Below, in pieces: positions 47,585-60,681 of a stretch of 64,000 nt of DNA (position 1 is its first letter; the number at the start of each line of letters is the position of its first letter). A program made the position numbers and the translations under genes. Below the pieces are notes generated by a model. That model was given only the letters and a program-made list of their open reading frames with translations. It did not search any database and had not been told where the DNA came from. This DNA is from Selaginella moellendorffii (Eukaryota; Plantae; Lycopodiophyta): contig NW_003314336.1 of assembly GCF_000143415.4 (NCBI RefSeq), positions 51,296 to 115,295 on the forward strand. The letters run 5' to 3'.

Positions 47585-48279
47585 TGTAAGCTCCTAAATT
47601 TGGATTTCCCGAGAGGTCACCTAGCCTAATATTATTCAAACCCAAGGATGATTAATCCCAAGTATCCCAAAACCCTTAATTTATTTGAAAATAGGATGCA
47701 CTCTTGTTCATAGGCCTTTTCCCTTTATATTTAAACCCTATATATTGTGTCTCAAGTCATTTTCTTTTGTTGTTTATAATCCCCAAGAGCCATAGCTCTC
47801 CCAAGAGCTCTGCTCTCTTGACACCTTACCCCTCAAATCAAGCCTAGCTAGAGTAAATTGGACTTGCCAAATGTCAATCAACATGTGGTGCAATTTCCCT
47901 AGTCAACCATTAGAGTCGGACCCAAGACCCCCTCTGACACCAAATGTAAACTCTTGAATTTAGACTTCTCAAGAGATCACCCAACTCAATACTATTCTCA
48001 ATGCAAAGTATGCCAATACTCTTAACCAATTAAAAAATAGGGTGTACTCTTATTTATAAGGCCTTTCCCTCGATATTTGAACCCTATAGATTGTCTGTTT
48101 AGTTGTTCTTTTTGGTTGTTACTCAACCTAATATTAATCAAACCCAATGACACTTAACCCTAAGCATCCCAAAACCCTTAACTAATTGGAAAAAGGGGTA
48201 CACTTTTGTTCATGGGCCCTTCCCTCTATATTTGAACCCCATGGATCATCTTTTAAATTATTCTCTTTGGTTATTTATA
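47585..48279 (-). mobile_element. TRIM with about 195-bp LTRs and a partial third LTR, inserted in a decayed family A LTR
   Basis: LTR copies start at 47585, 47945 and about 48125 (partial). PBS-like CTCTGACACCA before 47945. Near-TSD GTGGT/GTAGT. Confidence 0.65.
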
Positions 48280-50094
48280 GTAGTTAAAGGTGTGGTTAAG
48301 TGACTAAAGTAGAATGGAAAATTTAGTTGTTTACAACTTAGTATCAAAGTTATTCCTTAGTCTATCTCTTTTTAGCAGTCAAGTATATCACAATTTGATG
48401 TTGTTATGTGATGGTCTTAAGAGTGGGGCGATACTTGAAGAGTTGCATGTCAGAAGGGCATAGCTCTCCACTTTAGTTCATATGTGAACTTATAGGTAAT
48501 ATGGTCAATAAAAAGGGCCATTAAGAGAATGACCGTGGGAACTTTTGAATAGTTGAAGATTTTTTTAGAGAGTTGAGGATGTGATCCATATAAGTGTTTG
48601 ACTTAGAAAATTAGCTAATATGATTGTGATAAACAACTATAGTTGGGATCACTGGAAGGATAGAGACTTTGAGATAATAAAAGAATTGCAAGATTATCCT
48701 CATATAGTTAAGGATGGTGCTCACAAATTTAAGACTAAAGTTAATGACCGTGGAAGGTCAAATATAGATGAAAATATATGTCCTTGAAATGGTGGTTCAG
48801 GTTACTTTTAATAAAGGTTGGAAAAACCCAAGGAGTTAGGGGATATGCTCAAAGGATGAATGGTGTTTTGACCGTATGGAAGGATATTTCTAAATGGCAA
48901 AAGTGGCCTACATAGAACAAAGGATAGTTAAGTGTTGGAGTAACATTTGCAAAGATGATCCTTGTGAAGCCTCTGACTTTTTACAACTACAATAGTAGAC
49001 CGTTATAGCTAGTTCTTCACCAAATTCTCTCTTGCACCTACAACAAAATCCAAGCAGCAAGACTGCACCAAAAATTCTCCTTCTAGTTTTTACTAGTGAC
49101 CATGGTAGGATAGGAGACATCATAAGAAGAGCCAAAATCTGAGCAGAAAACACCAAGAAACACACCAAAGAGAAGAGAAAGAGATGAAGATGGTGAAATC
49201 GTAAAAATCTCAATGAAATCTAACAAAATGAGGATTGCCCAATTTGATTGAAGATGGCAAAAAATCAATATGCAAGTCTCCATTGAAATTAATGCAGTTA
49301 CAACTAAAATTCAAGAATCACTCAAGTTTGTGGGATTCAAGAAAGTTTTCTTGACAATCAAGAATGTTTTCTTAAGAATCAAGGATATCAACGATAGTGA
49401 ATGAAGCAACACAATTATCCTTTTAGAGACCGAACATATGGATTGTCTTCTTTGTGGTTTTCAGAACTGCACCAAGTCATACACCAAGTGTTACCCGAAA
49501 ACAAGATATGCTTATTGCATAGCTAAGAAGACTGTTTTGAGGAATAAAGACAAAGAGGAAGCTAGCAAAGTAGTAGAGAAGAAAGAAGACTAAGAAGGAT
49601 GGAAGCATGCACTACAATTAATTTAATCACTTCACAATAGTCTAGAGATTGACATGGTAAATCGAGGTCATATTTTCCATCAATTTCTTAGGAACACATA
49701 CACAAGACAATTTTATACCAATTACTTTTGTTTTCAATAACTACCTTTCTCAAGTGCTAGTAACAACCAAAAATAAGACTGTCGAATAGCAAATATGTCA
49801 ACTCCTCACTAGATAAAGAAATCTCAACACTCAAGAAAATGCAAAGATTCTACTTCAACTAATACAAGGACCAATTAGCAACACACTTCCAACAACAACA
49901 CTTACCCAAGTTCACGACTATGCACATCGAGCATAACAATGTGCATCAGTGAAACTAAAGACTGTCGACTTTACTATCAACCCACACCAACAAGATATCT
50001 TGAGATTAGAAGATCTGCTACAAATGAATGACCACAACTGTATCTCCCACCACATCTTTCAGTTCTATAGCAAAAGCTCTACTTTGCTAAGTCT

Positions 50095-50741
50095 AAGGGG
50101 TGTTCACCCTTAGTAAATCTCTCCAACATTATTTATTGTGGGCCATAGGTCCTTCCTTAGAGATTATTTTGTTAGACTCACAATACTATTACATTTCCAT
50201 AGTTCATTTCCCTTATGTGTCCTTTCCAATTGGTCATTTTGGCTAAGTCACACTATTACCAATAGTTTAAATCAACACTTTGAACTAGGAATCCTATTCT
50301 TTAATCTAACAAAAACCTTATCCTTGTTTAGCCATTAGATCACCTAGTGATTTCACTTTGACACCTTAATAGGTTTGCTAATAGGTATGAATTCTTTTAG
50401 ATCTTTAAGTTGTTGACCACAACCTCAGGGCATCCCCCACACATGGTAGTGCACCCAAGCCAACCCTTCTGACCAAGAGTGCATAGTAATTAAGACTGGG
50501 TATCCCCATCTCATTGACCACATCCTTGGTGCCACTTGCACCAAAGTTGCTCAAGTTATATATGCCAATTTTTCACACTAAATAATCTAATAGTGTATCA
50601 TGACTTTGGGGCATCCCCCATTTGGTGGTGTGCCCAAGCCAACCTCCTTACTGAGAGTATATGACCATTGAAAAATAAGCGTCTTTATATTCCAACCTAT
50701 CACCACACCCTAGTGAGTTAGGACTTGAACCCAAGCACTAA
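50095..50741 (-). mobile_element. Inverted fragment of the family A interior
   Basis: Reverse complement of the sequence at about 34410-35070 and 44960-45630. Confidence 0.75.
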
Positions 50742-51764
50742 GGGGACCTAAAAAACACTAGGGATCTAAAAAACATGTTTGGCTTTTTAGGGTGTGGAGA
50801 GGTGCAACATCCAGTGCCATGGCTGCTATGATCGGAGGCACAGCCAGAGGCGGAGGAGCACCTAGGGGAGAGTGCCCAATCTCCCCACACTTGCTACCGT
50901 CAGCAAGGGCATCTGCCACGCCACTTATGGAAGATTCTCTCTACTCTGTTCTCTGTGTAGGCTCACTTTCTTGCGCCCAAGATGGACCCAAGCAGATCGT
51001 TGGGCCGAGGAAGAGCTCGAGGACAGCCCATCACATTGGGGACAAGAGGGCGTGGCCTTAGCATTTGTTTAAGGCAGGGCAGACTGATTAAAGGGTGAGC
51101 AGCAAGCCATAAAATTTCAATGGGCATGAAGCAGCAACCTCTTGGCTGCCCAGACAGCGTAGGTATTGGTAAGATGAGCACAGCTAATATGCATCCAGCA
51201 GAGGAGACTCACAGGTGGAGCAGTCCTAGGAGTCAGATAGTGAGAAGTATGAGGCACAGGCAATAGAGGACCTTAAAGAGGAAGTACAGAGAGGAACAAA
51301 GGAGATGATGATCCGGGTAGAAGAAACTCTCAAGCTCCTCAAGGGGATGGAAGTGGCCAGCATGCCCAAGATAAGGGAACCACAAGCAGTGGCTGGAGGC
51401 ACCCCAGTCACCTCTGTTTGACCGGTGGGCAGATGCAAGGTTAACCGAGCTAGGGTATGTTATGATCCGGCGCAAAAAGACAAAGATCTTGTTGCCCTAG
51501 ACTATGCTACGCCACCTCTTGAGGTTCCTCACCACCCAACCACCCCCGAGCTACCTCAAAAGCTCCACTGCGCCGCCGCTCCACTGTGAGCCCTAGGGTA
51601 GGTTAAGTCCCTTACCCTAACATGCCTTAATATACCCTTGAGCCTCCCTTTGACCGATGTTGACCACGTAGTCAAAGCTGGCGCCTAACAATTCTTCCCC
51701 CCCAACAAAGTCCTTGTCCCAAGGACGAGTTGTACCAGTGATCACCCTTTCTGGGGAATCCTGC

Positions 51765-54530
51765 TCAAGCTCCTGGTCCATCTTCCACAGCCGTATACAT
51801 CAAGGAGGCATTGGGCCCGTCACTCCGAGATAGTACACCTTTCAACTGGCTGACATAAAATACCGGATGAATTTTCACCCCAGCTGGCAGCCGCACCCGA
51901 TAAGCCGCTTTACCAATGCGCTCCAGCACTTCATATGGACCAACATATCGATGGGAGAGTTTATCACTCTTCCCTATCCGTAAAGGCACCAAGGTGTTCC
52001 GCCGCTCACTTGACGGAAAGATCACTCGCACGAAGACGAGATCACCCACCTTATATTCCCGGAATTGGCGATGCTCATTAGCAAACTTCTCCGCTCTATC
52101 CTGAGCTGCTTGCAAATTCCGTTTGCATACCACCAGAATCTCATCAAGTTCTGTGGCCAGATCAGTTGCCTCGGAATCAAGCTTTTCTTGAACGTCCTTA
52201 CTCAAATGCAATCCCAACTCCACCGCTGTTCGAGGATGTCTTCCAAACATCGCAAAGTAAGGACTTAGCTTGGTTCCACTGTGTTGGCTATTGTTGTAAG
52301 CAAATTGCACCAACGGAAGATATAGATCCCACTGTCCTTGCCTTTGACCAATGCTACAACGTAGCATATCCTCCACCACCTGATTCACACGCTCAGTTTG
52401 CCCATCCGTCTGAGGATGATCTCCACTCGAGAGTTTCAAAGTCACTTGCATAGCCTTTGCAAAACTTTTCCAAAATCCACTGGTGAACTTTGAATCTCGA
52501 TCACTAATGATGTCCTCCGGCAAACCAAAATCAGGAAAAACCTTCTCCAAGTAAACCGCAGCCAAGTCTGAGGCAGTGACAGTCTTCCGAAGAGCCAACA
52601 ACCGCACATACTTCGTCAACCGATCTACTATGACCCATACTTGCTCCTTTTGCCTCTGTGTTCGTGGCAAACAAGTGATGAAGTCCATAGAGATACTACA
52701 CCAACGGCTCTGAGGAATAGGTAAAGGTTGCAAAAGTCCCCCCGGCTTCTCCCGTGGCACCTTAACCCGCTGACAAAGCTCGCATGATTTACAATACTTG
52801 AGGATATCAGCCTTCATATTCCTCCAATAAAAGTTGCGCTTAATCAACTCATACGTCTTCTTCCCCCCAAAATGACCGGCCTCTGGACGATCATGATAGT
52901 GGAATAAAACTTGAGTAATTAACGCATCCACCCGTGGCAAATAGACACGGCCATTGTAGTAGAGAATCCTATCCACCAATGAGAAAGGAGCTTCCATCTG
53001 GTCTCGCAAAGAGGCCACCTCAGCATCCTGAGCCTGAGCATGCTCAACCAACTGCCCAAACTCGCTGACCACCTTACTCAAATGATGACAAAATCGTGTT
53101 CGTAACATCGTCACATGACAAACATGAGATAAAGCATCCGCCACCACATTTGATTTTCCCGGACGATGCTCAATAGGAAACTCCCCAAACTCCATGAGTT
53201 TGACCATCCAACGAGCTTGCCTAGTGTTCAACTCCTTCTGTGTGAAAAGATACACAAGTGGTTTGTGATCTGTCAACACCACGAACACTGCACCATAAAG
53301 ATAGTGCCGCCACGTCCGCAAAGCATGAACAATAGAGAGTAACTCTTGCTCATATGTGGAATAGCGTTGCTCCGCAGAATTCAAAGTTCGACTCTCATAT
53401 GCAATAGGCTGTCCCTCTTGCATGAGAACTCCTCCCAGTGCATAACCACTCGCATCGCATGTCACCTCGTAAGGTTTCGATGGATAAGCAATGCGAAGCA
53501 CTGGAGCCTCAATCAACAATCGTTTCAGCGCCACAAAACTCTCCTCTTGTGGCGTCTTCCACTCGAATGGCACATTCTTGCGTAACAACCGCATCAATGG
53601 AATAGCCACCTCTGCAAACTTATGCTGGAAACGTCGGTAGTAACTAGCCATACCAAGAAAACTGCGCAACTCGGCCACTACAGGTAACTGGAAAGGCCTT
53701 TTCCATTACGACAGCCCCCTTGGATCTGTCTTGACACCCTTAGATGTCACAATATGGCCTAGATATTCCACCTCCGACTTTGCAAATTCACATTTGCTCT
53801 TCTTCGCATAAAGTTTGCTGTCTCGAAGTAACGAAAGAACCTTGTGCAAATGCACCCTATGCTCCTCCATATTCTTGCTAAAAACAAGAATATCATCCAA
53901 GAAAATCTCCACAAACTCATGAAGATAACGCCCAAATACCTCCGTCATCAACCGAGTAAATGTGGCCGGTGCATTCGTCAAACCAAACGGCATAACGGTA
54001 AACTCAAAATGTCCAAAGCTTGTGTNNNNNNNNNNNNNNNNNNNNNNNNNNNNNNNNNNNNNNNNNNNNNNNNNNNNNNNNNNNNNNNNNNNNNNNNNNN
54101 NNNNNNNNNNNNNNNNNNNNNNNNNAAGCTTGTCTAGGATATCATCCACACGTGGCATCGGCATCTTGTCCTTCACTGTCTTCTTGTTTAAAGCACGATA
54201 GTCAATACACATCCGCATTGAACCGTCCTTCTTCTTCACAAGCAAGACCGGAGCACCAAACGGAGACTTACTTGGCTGAATAAATCCAAACTCAAGTAAC
54301 TCCTTGACTTGCCGCTGAACGTAAGGTTTCGATGGATAAGCAATGCGAAGCACTGGAGCCTCAATCAACAATCGTTTCAGCGCCACAAAACTCTCCTCTT
54401 GTGGCGTCTTCCACTCGAATGGCACATTCTTGCGTAACAACCGCATCAATGGAATAGCCACCTCTGCAAACTTATGCTGGAAACGTCGGTAGTAACTAGC
54501 CATACCAGTAAAACTGCGCAACTCGGCCAC
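51765..54530 (-). pseudogene. pol: Pol: reverse transcriptase, RNase H and integrase (disrupted or rearranged; includes a 100-N gap at 54026-54125)
   Basis: [47 protein letters not shown]...CELCQ, ISMDF, SDRD, TDGQTE, GPY. Confidence 0.9.
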
Positions 54531-56128
54531 TACAAGTAACTTGAAAGTGCTTTTCCATTACGACAAGCCCGCTTCAAAGATGTAGCAGAGAGCATAACAA
54601 CTGGTGGTTGAACGCCCTCGCCAAACCACACATCTTTAACGCCACCATACTCCAGCGAGATACGCTTAATGCTCCACTTTATCTCTGGATCCACCTTCAC
54701 CAACCATGGCATCCCAAGAATGAGATCCACACGATGGATATCTGCGAGATAAAAAGTCTCCACAAGTGTGGTTTTGCCAACCAACACTTCCAGCCCCTCG
54801 ACACAAGCATCGAAATGCTGAGCAGAGGTAGCTGCACCTTCCACTGTGTATGGAAGAACTCCACGTGTGTTCAGGCGATGCTCCGCAACAAACTTTGCCG
54901 AAACAAAGTTGTCATCACTCCCACTATCCAGTAAAATCCGCACTGGATCGCCACGGAACACGCCCTCCAGCATTAAAGCTGATTCACGCGTATCCTCAAG
55001 CTCCATCTTGTTCCACACACAGTTGAGCTGACGAGCAACGATTGAAAGTCGCTTCCTCCGACTGGAATGGTCGTTCTCCTCCTCCTCACGCTGCAAAGTT
55101 TGCAACTTTTTAGTATCGGACTTACCGTGAGAAGAAGATTGGCCATTCTTCTTGTCCTGCTGCTTGTTCTTCAACTGCGGACAATCAGCCTTGTAGTGTC
55201 CAAGTTCACCGCAATGATGACAACCCTGTCTATAATTCTTCACAAAGAACTTCTGCTTCTTGGACCCCTTTGCATCCGAGGTAGTCACCACCGACTTCAA
55301 CTTGTGATGCTTGTTCCCATCCTTGTGTCCACGGCGATCATCACGACGATTCTCGACAGAAGGACTCCGCGAACGCTTGCGAGACTTGTGCTTGTCATTA
55401 TCAAGTCGACGAGCCGCATCAAAGAGCTCCTCCAAACTCTTTGTAGGCTGAGAATGACGCAAGTGTTGCCGCATGCTCTCACTATGTAGGCCATCAATGA
55501 AGTAGGATTTGTTCTGATCTGGATCCTTCGTTGGAACACGACTAATCAAGCGAGTAAGCTTCTCAATATAATCCCCAAGCGTCATTTTCCCTTGCTGGAA
55601 ATGGCGAAGTTCTGGACGAGCATTCTCCACGTCGTAATAAGGGGCAAAACGTAAACGGAAAGCAGCCTCAAACTCATCCATGGTAGATACTGATGATTTC
55701 TTATCCGCAACACGGGACTCCTCAAGCCAATTCCACCATCGAAGACCTGCATCACGCAAAACCATCGGAATAGCCACTAAAGCCTCTGCATCTGGAGTTC
55801 CTCTAGCAGCCAAAAACTTCTTCACATTGGCTAGCCAAGCAAGACACTCGTCCACACCACCATCACCGGAAAAGGTTGGAATCTTGAGTCGATCTACCAA
55901 AGAAGGCTTACTTGGAGCGCTACCCCGTCCAGCCTCGAGTGCCTCAACACGCCCACGCATGGTATCCATCATGCCATGCATCTCGTCTTGCATCTCTTGC
56001 TGATTTTTATTAAGGGCTCGCAGCTCATGAACCACATCTTGAATGGTCCAAATCTCCGCAGCTTCGTCGGCACCATCGTCGGCACCACCATTGATGATAG
56101 GATTCCAGCGTTCAGCTTGGTCGGCCAT
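54530..56128 (-). CDS. gag: Gag with CCHC knuckle, plus aspartic protease
   Basis: Retrotransposon gag-like region, [20 protein letters not shown]. Confidence 0.9.
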   Translation of the reverse strand: MADQAERWNPIINGGADDGADEAAEIWTIQDVVHELRALNKNQQEMQDEMHGMMDTMRGRVEALEAGRGSAPSKPSLVDRLKIPTFSGDGGVDECLAWLANVKKFLAARGTPDAEALVAIPMVLRDAGLRWWNWLEESRVADKKSSVSTMDEFEAAFRLRFAPYYDVENARPELRHFQQGKMTLGDYIEKLTRLISRVPTKDPDQNKSYFIDGLHSESMRQHLRHSQPTKSLEELFDAARRLDNDKHKSRKRSRSPSVENRRDDRRGHKDGNKHHKLKSVVTTSDAKGSKKQKFFVKNYRQGCHHCGELGHYKADCPQLKNKQQDKKNGQSSSHGKSDTKKLQTLQREEEENDHSSRRKRLSIVARQLNCVWNKMELEDTRESALMLEGVFRGDPVRILLDSGSDDNFVSAKFVAEHRLNTRGVLPYTVEGAATSAQHFDACVEGLEVLVGKTTLVETFYLADIHRVDLILGMPWLVKVDPEIKWSIKRISLEYGGVKDVWFGEGVQPPVVMLSATSLKRACRNGKALSSYL

Positions 56129-59071
56129 CGCAACCAATTCTCTGATACCAATGTTATGATCCGGCACAAAAAGACAAAGATCTCGTTGCCCTAGACTATG
56201 CTACGCCACCTCTTGAGGTTCCTCACCACCCAACCACCCTCGAGCTACCTCAAAAGCTCCACTGCGCCGCTGCTCCACTGTGAGCCCTAGGGTAGGTTAA
56301 GTCCCTTACCCTAACATGCCTTAATATACCCTTGAGCCTCCCTTTGACCGATGTTGACCACGTAGTCAAAGCTGGCGCCTAACAGGGTAGATAAAGGCTC
56401 AGGCCCGAGCTGGGCTAAGGAGGACTCACAATCCACGAAGGACACTCCTCGAGCGGAAACGTAGAAGGACAAGGTTGAAGGAAGGCTGAGCCCCAGGTGG
56501 ACAAGAAGCCTAGGGATGCTGGCAAGGAAGGTATGGGCAAAGGAGGATGATGTGTGAAGTCCTATAAGGCTCGGCAAGCTGGTGCAAAACGCAGGACTAA
56601 GCCTAGCTATTCTAGTGGAAAAAAAGCCAGTGGAACAACACCAGCTGTTGGGGGACTCAACGCTGAGGAGTCACTTAGGAGCCCTAGATGCCGGGGAGAT
56701 GGCACTTTTGAATCAGGAGACGCGAGGTGGTGAAGGTTCCCAAACAGCACCACCATGCAAGCAAGGGAGAGTCACATGGGAGCAAGGTGAGACAAGCCGA
56801 GCAAGTGAAGGTGAAGGGAAATAGGACAAGCAGGAACGAGTGCTCTATCCCCCACCACTAGCCCTATAGTGGAACGAGTGCCCTCTCCAACACCACATAC
56901 TCCAAGACAGGAGACAAGGGACAACCTTGTAAATTAGAATAGCCTGAATGAGCTTGAAGGGAGAGAAAATGCCCTAGGGGACAATGACCTGCCACTGGAT
57001 CGAGTGAGCACTAGAGACAAGAGCATTGTGGTATCACTCAGCCACAAATTCGCCCATAGATGCCTCTCAAACCTCACAAATACACTGAAGAAGCCAAAGA
57101 TGTAGTCTCCCACGAAATTGGAGGGATCCTGACCGAAGACCAAGTCTCATACGAGGGCAGTAGACATATAGGAGTTCATCCCATGCTTGCCCAACGTAGG
57201 AGAACTGAGTTGGTGTCTGAGGGACTTCAAGCTGAAGCTTAGTAGGTGCTCCACAAAGGACATCATCCTCCATCAGGATATCCTAATGGCAGAAATCTGG
57301 CACTAGGAGACAAATGTACTCAGGGAGGACCTAGTGCTTGGCCTGGCATACAGGGAAGCTTTCCACCTGCGGTGAAGACCAGGAAAACTTTGGACAAGGC
57401 AAAACTGCTAAATCAAGAAGAAAGGGTGGCAACCTGGGACAGGGAGGAGAAAGACACCCAAGGGGAGCAACAAAAGAACAGAGTCAAAGATAAGCTTCTC
57501 ACAGAGTTGCTCAAGGACCAGGAGAAGGAAATGGAACAAATGAGAGAGGAGGCCTAGAATGAGTGCAAGAAGAACAAAACAGAAAAGAAGAAGGAACGCA
57601 AGGTGACAAGGAGAAAGTTGAAGGCATGGAGCAAAGAGCAAGAAAGGATAGAGCGGACAGAAGCAATAGAAGATTTCCTACAACAAGAGGAATCACCAGC
57701 CCACAAGAAGAAGAAAGTTTCCAAGAAGGGCGGCAAGATGGGCAAGAAGAAACCAGGCGACCTGTCCGGAACGGAGGAAGCTGAGTGCCCCAAAGTCTGG
57801 TCAGAAAGGAAAGGAGAAAACGTTGGGAGGGACGACCAGTCTAAGGACCCTGAAGGATCGGGGCACTCACACAGGACAGAACAACAAGGAGGACACATGG
57901 GAGTGGAGATGGCCTAGAGACGAAGACAAACATTCAAGTCCCAAACAGTGGAAGGACAATATAGAACAGCAAAATCAAATCAGTGCAGCTACAAGATCAC
58001 TCGCAGCAAGTAGTGGCGGCCAAGGAAGTGGAGTTGAAACTAAAAGCAACCATCACAGTCTTCCGAGGCAGCTTCCCAACAAGGCGCCTAGCCACTGACT
58101 GGCTTAATGCATCGTTGGAGAAAGGGATCACAGTCTAGAAGTTACTCCTGCATGGCAAAGGGTGCTACATGGTCGTGTTCAAGGACAAGGAGACGAGAAG
58201 ACGAGTTGAGGAACTGCATGGAGTGATTGACAGCCAATGGGCCATGTCTTTCCACCTGGGTCCCAAGGTTCACAGCAGAAGTTCTCCTGCTGTTCCCCTT
58301 AACATTGCACTCTGGGATGTCTCAATGGAGATGAGATCACAAGAAATGGTGAAAGAGTTGGTGGAAAGTAGCATCGGGAATATTGCCTTAGGGTTGGAGA
58401 CTGTGGAAGCTGGTGGAGTGCTAGGGCCGATCAGGCTCAAAGTCTTCATAGACTCTCTGGCAGAGTCCCCAACAAAGCTGGCTGTCTTGGGACAGTACAT
58501 TAGGGTCCAAATAGAAGTCACGAGAAGAAGATGTAGGTTCTACCAGAAGCTGGGCCACCAGGAGGGGGCATGCGAGGATGGGGAAACCAGCCCTAGAGCG
58601 ACCTTTGAACTTCTAGTGGAGGAAGAAAAGGTGCTGTTACAACGGGAACCAACTTGTGCCCCACACATCAGGTTCCCATTGGCCCCAACCTGTAGCAAGA
58701 CCCAGCTCCAAGAGCAAGCTTTCAAAGGATGCTTAGGGGAAACCAGCGAGGAAGGCTTCCAAATAGTACTTCCTAAAATAGTGAATTTGCCGATCCAATG
58801 GATTCCCCTGAAGAGAGAACTAGCAACAGCAAAGGCAAGAGACTGGCTGGTCCAGTGAGGGAATGCAGCATTTCCCAGAAATAGTAGCTCTTAGGGACTA
58901 TCAGACTCAGATGGAGCAAGTGATAACAGAATGGACAGGATTCACAAAATACACGGTCCGGGGATTCTCTTAGGCCAAGCACCAAGGGAAGTCAACAGCA
59001 GTGTGGACCATATCCACAGAGTGGAGGGTGCAGCCAAGCACCAACAGGTTCTCCTAGAAGTACATGGTGCC

Positions 59072-59860
59072 ATGACGACCCTAATATTTTTTACGTGGAA
59101 CTGTCAGGGCCTTAGTTCCACAGATAGTAGGCTCCACAAAAAAATCCAACTCAAGTTGCACATAAGGGAGTTAGGACTAGAAGGCGGGATAGACTTCTTA
59201 TGCCTACAGGAACACAAGATGGATGCTGAACCAGACTACAACCTTGGCATGAGAGGGAAAACTTGGTGGAATGCGGCAATAACAGCTCGGTCCAGGCCAG
59301 GGGGTGGCACAGCCATTGTTGTCTCCACCAGATGGTCAGCGCAAGCAAGGGATCATGAAGTGTTGGTGCTAGGAAGAGCACAACTCCTGGTGCTCAGCCT
59401 GCACTTTGGACAAGTGGGGATCATAAATGTCTACGCCCCAACCAACAAGCAGGCTCGAACCCTCTTCTGGGAAGAACTTCGAGTGAAAGCAAGAGGCCGG
59501 GCAGAGCATTGGCTGATCCTAGGGGCCTTCAACATGGTGGAAGACACAGAAGATAGAAGGGGAGGCCAAGAGACCATTCAGGGCTGGGAACAATTACAAT
59601 GGCTGGCCTTGGTAGAGCAGTTGGACCTTGTGGACCTTCAGCACATGGAAGGATTCGCCCCTCATGCACACCCGTTTACCCGTCGGGATTCAACAAGCTC
59701 TCAAGCACGAGTAGACGGGTCTACGCTTCCCCAAGGGTGAGACAAGATGGTGGGAGTCTAAAGACATGTGGGAGTCTAAGCTTCCCCTCGATCCCAGACC
59801 ACGACCCAATCCGGTGCATAATCAAGCTCCAAAAAGACAAAGGCAACACAGTACAGTGAG
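59072..59860 (+). pseudogene. LINE ORF2 apurinic endonuclease (EEP) domain, frameshifted
   Basis: TWNCQGL, LCLQEHK, GGTAI, INVYAPT, LILGAFN, ARVD, PDHDPI. Confidence 0.85.
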
Positions 59861-60332
59861 CCATCTCACTCCATACCCTGGCAGATGCAAAGGCAGTGGC
59901 ACAAGTCAGCCGGATCCTAGAGGGAAGTGAATTGGTGCTCACCACAGTGCTACAAGATTGCTCGGACCAGCTGCGGGAGAGACAGTGGGCGATAAAGGGC
60001 AAAGTAATGAAGGACCTACAAACGGCAAGGAAGAGGTGGCGGCAGCGCAAAGGATGGTGCTGGCGGCCAAGGACACAAGGAAGTGGCAGGCAGCCCTAGA
60101 ACTGTTGGGGGAAGGAGGGGCGCCTCCCCTAACACTCGCTCAAACAAGGTGGCATGAACTGCTTGAGTAGAACAAGATTGCCATCCTCGAATGGTTTGGC
60201 AAACCGCTGGTGATCAATGATGGACTTGATCTTCTGCTTGCCTCGAAGGAGATGTTCAGTCATGAATTGTCACTATTCTTCCAAGGCAAGAACCTCCAAG
60301 TCATGTGCATGAAGCTTGTCTTCATCACTAAG

Positions 60333-60681
60333 CTACATCGTTGTTGCGTATCGAAGTGAAAGTGAGAGTGATGGCACTTGAATCTCCATTGGAAGCACGG
60401 CCTCAGTCCCATAGACAAGGGAGAATGGGGTCACAGAGATGGATGTCTTGAAAAATGTCTGAAAGGCCCACAACACCATAACCAAGTGCTTGTGCCAACG
60501 CCTTGGGTGATCCTCCACAAGATTTGAGATGACTGTCTTCAATATCTTGTTGTTGGACTCCACCTGGCCATTGCACTCAGGATAATAGCTGCTGCTCTTC
60601 ACGTGCTTGACCTGCAGCCATTGGAGAAGATCCTGCATCACTTGTCAAAGGAAGCTGCTGCCACGATCAGAAATCAAAATG
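60333..60681 (-). pseudogene. Gypsy (Tat/Athila-like) integrase fragment; insertion target of transposon copy 2
   Basis: ISDRGSSF, SSYYPECNGQVESNNK, TPFSLVYGTEAVLPMEI. Confidence 0.8.

Larger units (their letters stand above)
51458..56384 (-). mobile_element. Young Ty3/gypsy LTR retrotransposon (chromovirus-like), 233-bp LTRs
   Basis: LTRs 51458-51690 and 56152-56384 (TGTT...AACA, about 4 differences). TSD GGGTA at 51453-51457 and 56385-56389. PBS CTCTGATACCA at 56140-56150. PPT ATTCTTCCCCCCC at 51691-51703. Confidence 0.95.
50742..60170 (+). mobile_element. Decayed L1/Tx1-type LINE (5' region, ORF1, ORF2 endonuclease), interrupted by a Ty3/gypsy element
   Basis: Purine-rich ORF1-like sequence continues across the gypsy TSD. 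Degenerate zinc knuckle RCRFYQKLGHQEGAC in 58169-58858. APE endonuclease motifs from 59072. Both boundaries are approximate. Confidence 0.65.

Noticed and set aside
49100-50090. Possible gag or host-gene remnant
   Set aside because: Too degenerate to support a call: many stops and no clear motif.
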